From assembly GCA_037447605.1 (NCBI GenBank), contig CM074804.1:3201909-3265908 (forward strand): a stretch of DNA of 64,000 bases. The letters are read 5' to 3'. Of this stretch, positions 60,101 to 64,000 are shown piece after piece. Position 1 is the stretch's first letter. Every line of letters begins with the position of its first letter. Position numbers and translations under genes: made by a program. Under the pieces are notes generated by a model. That model was not told where the DNA came from. It saw nothing but the letters and a program-made list of their open reading frames with translations, and ran no database searches. Source of the DNA: Zygnema circumcarinatum SAG 698-1b. Lineage: Eukaryota > Plantae > Zygnematophyceae.

Positions 60101-63100
60101 CTGCACCGACGAGGTGGTGCCTTCAACTTTTAAGGCAAAATTTTAGGCAAGGTATAATTCCTGGCTGATAGGTATATGGCATTTTGATACACCCATTCAC
60201 CAACTTGTAACCTCCTCAAGCTGGCGAAGTTAGGAAAATCTTACATCGGAACAGGTAATAGGGTCTGAGATAGGTTGAGTCCAGATTCTGATCCATTTCT
60301 CAACGTTGCAGGAATGCAGATGCTGATGAGAATGATAGTAGCTCTCTACAGTCGCTGACAGCGCCGGCGGTCTCTGGCACGATGGCGGCTCTACGTCTGT
60401 CCGTCAGCAACAGGTCTGAGGTTGAGGTGGGGTGAAGCCGATTACTGGTGCTTGTGCTCAGATAGTAGACACGAACCTGTTCTCCTCCATCTTCAAGAAT
60501 TTCAATACCTGCGTATGCTATGCCTTATTTCAAAAGATAAAGAACTATTTTTGGCAATGGAAAGCTATTCCTGCCAGGTTTGAGGCTGCTTTCAAGTTGT
60601 TCATAGGCTGCAAGATTTGGATGTAAGGTCGTGTGGGTTTGATAAATGTGCCATATCTGCTGACGGCCGTTTGATGATTCACTCTCTTAAAAAGCAAGAT
60701 CTGAATTGACTGCTGTTGTTTGCAGGGACTGACAGGTTTAGTCCTCCAGATTGTAAAAAGCGATCTTCCTCAAGCGGATGATGTCAAGTGGCTCATGCTC
60801 TCGATCTCCCACATGGGGGTCCAATTGTTCAACCTCAAACGCTACAGTGAGGTGACCATTTGACCTGATATGACCGATGATCTTTCACTTTCTAATTCGC
60901 AGAATTCCAGTGGCGTCATCATTAGCGTCTTGAAACACCTTTCATCCTTAAATTTTTGCTTGGTACTGGGCCCTAATCGGAATGAGAATGGGCTCCTTTG
61001 CCTTCGTTGGAGAAAGTAGCTGACTGTCGATCACCCATGCTGTCCTCGCAGGCTGTGGAACCCCTCGAGTTAGCTTACCAGGCAGCTTTCGTAAGGGCTT
61101 CAGCTATCTTCCCGGCAACACGCCAACCTCTTGAAGAAGGGATGGACCGATGGAGTGCAGACGAAGTAAACCTATTGCTTCAGCTCTCCTCCAAATGCGT
61201 CACTCTGGTCGATTGTCTACGACGTTTGGGGGAAGCTTCTCAAGCCATGAGGAAGGCTGAGCAATTTCTCAAACGTTGGGGATGGGCAGCTGAAATACTG
61301 GACCAAGATGGGCCCCGGGTGCTGGTTCGACAGTGGCTGAAGGTGAATTACCTTTGGAATAATTCTTTAAATTTCTTCCTGTACAAAGTTTCGGATTACT
61401 GTCAAGTCTTCTAGAGGTTGTGCCGACTACTTGTCCCACCTGACACGTGTTGAGAATATGTTCACGATAATCTTCAGCAGTTAAGACATTCTTGACAGGT
61501 AGTTCTTGTCATCTCCTAATGTACTGATTCCATGATTTTTGCTTATCCAGGCTAAGTGTCAGGAGGGGAGGGACCCACGATTGCACGTTTAGCCTGTACT
61601 TCGATTGCAAGTGCGTGACTGAGCGGACATGAGTGAACTTGTATCCTCCGTATACATGTGCAGATAAAGACCTCCCACAATTTGGGCAGTGACAAAGAAT
61701 TCCCTTGTCAACTGTGGCATGTGTTGAAGAAGGCAGATCCGAAGCTTTCCGACTCAGCATTGGGAGCTTTGCTGGAGGAGGTCAGTAGCTTCAGCAAAGA
61801 CTGAAAGTCCTCAGTAATTCTCAGGGCTGAAAAATAGTTAGGACACAACGACTTTTTCCTTTGTGCAAGACTGGCTAGCTTATGTCCACACCTAACCATT
61901 ATAAGTCATGTCTGCTGGTTGTGAAGATGACTCACTAAGAGATGTTGGGAGTACTTGTTGCATATGTGCGCAGGAAATCATGACCTACGAGAGTGTGGAA
62001 CCCGAGCAGATGGCAGCGTGCATGGCTGCCAAATCTGCTGTCTTGAATGCGGTCTTGTCGGAGGTTTACACCGCTGCTTCCAACCCTGTTCGACGAGCGC
62101 TGATGCTGCTGGAGCATGGCCGCGTAGCAAGAATCCTCCCGGGTGGCTCTGTGACTTCGTCTTTGGAGGTTGTGCAGGAGGCTGTGGAACTGCTGGTATG
62201 TCCCCAGTTGCAGTTTTGCTGCTGGAATCCGGAATTGTCTGTGACAAACTGAGGAGGCTCTGCTGTAATGTGTAGGCCAACTGATGTTGCGGTAAAAAAT
62301 CTTTGCTCTGGACCCAATGCTATCTCACGGAAAACATCTGCCTGTTACAGGAGAAATGTATGTCAAAAAAATCAAGCAACACGTTTGCAAAAGGGGAATG
62401 GCGCAAGCTAGAGGACTGCTGCGCTACGGCTCACTGTATACGGGCACTATGCTTGCGGGAGGCACATCCAGAATCTAAGGTTGGTCAAGTTTGTATGCTG
62501 TTCTGGTCTCGGAGTAAAGCGAAGCATCTCACTCTAAGTCAGTCGATACCACGGATTGACGCTTGGACTATCCAGGAGTGGTCAAACTTCGCGACTGAAA
62601 TGTCTCCTCCTTTTCGCTAAGAACAGCATGTGTTTCTGGATTTGTAGGGGTAGCATTAGTCCATAAGTGTCTAGAAGACATGTGTAACCATCTTAGTGAA
62701 GAGTCCAAACCTGGAAAAAATCATCTGTCTCCCATACACTGGTTGGTATGAATCTAACAGTCACATTTGAGGAGGATATTTCTCATGCAGGTGTTCATGA
62801 TCGACATAAATCGAGCTATCTCGCTCTGGCAAAGCATTTTCGGATGGAACGATGTGGTGCCCCTAAGTGTATCCAAAAAGAAGTCGCCAGAAGAAAAGAA
62901 GATGCTTCTTCAGCGAGTGCATTCAGTTTCAACATCCGTGAATTTGCTCATGGCGGTTGCTGACCTAATGGCCTTAGAGGTAAGCTAAGGTGACATGCTT
63001 AAGTTCTATATTCAGGACAGAGGAAAATGGGGAACTGGGCAACTCGGGTTATTTTAACCCGAGTTTTCACCGGTGTTACCGATTGAGTCATCTGCGTGTA

Positions 63101-64000
63101 GGTACACTCACATGCTAACAAAGTGAGAGCTTGCGGAAGTTAAATGCTGCATTCTTCATCTTCTGACGAGGATTGTTAAAGTGAAGTCTGCCACTGTGCG
63201 AGAGCTCAAAACCCTCCTGCGCTGTCCATAGCTGTCGGCCCTACTGTTTGGAATGTGCTGATCATGCATCTCGTTGCTATCGCAGAATCAGGCCTCAACA
63301 CAACAGCAAGCTCATTACCTAGCCATATCCCTTGCTGCCTTAGCCGACAATGAGCAGTTGGCACTTTCGCATATCCGACTCCTTGCAGATGCGAGGTTGA
63401 GTCACATCTTGTGCCCAGTGCCCTGCATGACTCTGGGACTCCTTGGCAGCTCTGATGAGACAGAAGACACTGCGCAACACCTCGAGGACTTGCAGCTATC
63501 TGCTCATAACGTGTCGCCTGGCTCGCTTTTAGATGCTTGGCTTCTTCTCTTCAAGGGCTCAGTATCAGGCACTTGGCATTCATCACAAAAAGTCAATCTA
63601 CCGGACAGCTGGGGCACATCTGCAGACCGAGCAGTTCAAGAAATGCGACTGTCATGCGCCGCTCATGTGAGTTACAAAATGTCTCTGAGCTCATAAGGTA
63701 CGACTGAGCTTTTGTAGTTGAAACAAGTTGTCTTTGGATGGAACTGGCACTCCTTAAGTTCGGATGTCAAATGACAATTGTCTTGAATGGGATGCAACCA
63801 AATAATAGCGTCAGATCTGGAACAAAATCTAGTGATGGACCAGTGACTGCTGCTAGGTGTGCAATAGGAGCCTGCTATACAAGTATGTATAGAATTCGGG
63901 TGTATAGATTCTCTGCCTTACTGAATGGCATGAACCCGATACTGAGTTTGTTTGCTCCATCAATGCGTATGCCATTTGAAGACGACATCGTGCTCAACCG
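57141..64000 (+). CDS. ESP1: Separase (ESP1/AESP) N-terminal region, multi-exon, truncated at the window end
   Basis: N-terminus with RDVAKKFTPFLSKLL, LCLKGLDIL...EVEIHQYNFVRKLLIWK and LPRQLELWLR resembles the recalled plant separase N-terminus. Many further helical exons run to the edge. The C50 catalytic domain is not in the window. Confidence 0.75.

Noticed and set aside
1-64000. tRNA, rRNA or autonomous transposase/reverse-transcriptase genes
   Set aside because: I recognised no cloverleaf or T-loop context, rRNA signature, DDE or RT motif by eye. tRNAscan-SE, Infernal and RepeatMasker were not run.

Overview
Gene-dense eukaryotic nuclear DNA from the green-plant (streptophyte) lineage, probably a streptophyte alga or non-seed plant. 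This is inferred from plant-specific gene families, short GT-AG introns and compact intergenic spaces. I recognise 15 intron-containing protein genes: IMP2, RPS2, fibrillin FBN12, a Maa-like sugar O-acetyltransferase, a plastid-targeted FGGY sugar kinase, ALADIN, PAB, RPL22, GTF3C1, a Ulp1/C48 protease, a plant-specific uncharacterised protein, a BBX32-like protein, an AT1G42960-like envelope protein, NUP43 and a partial separase. They lie in almost perfectly alternating orientation, forming seven head-to-head pairs. Non-coding features include a 581-bp element with terminal inverted repeats and same-orientation subterminal direct repeats, an intronic (TTAGGG)n array, GC-rich promoter islands with GTAC, G-box and 5-bp GAC arrays, several mini/microsatellites, and a 10-N gap. 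I found no tRNA, rRNA or CRISPR array. The most interesting leads are a Ulp1 protease spliced to a hydrophobic N-terminus across a telomeric-repeat intron, an adjacent pair of bacterial-type sugar enzymes, a B-box/cyclin-like BBX32 protein, an obligatory non-canonical intron in ALADIN, and the TIR+DR element. All family assignments come from recalled motifs and were not checked by database search.
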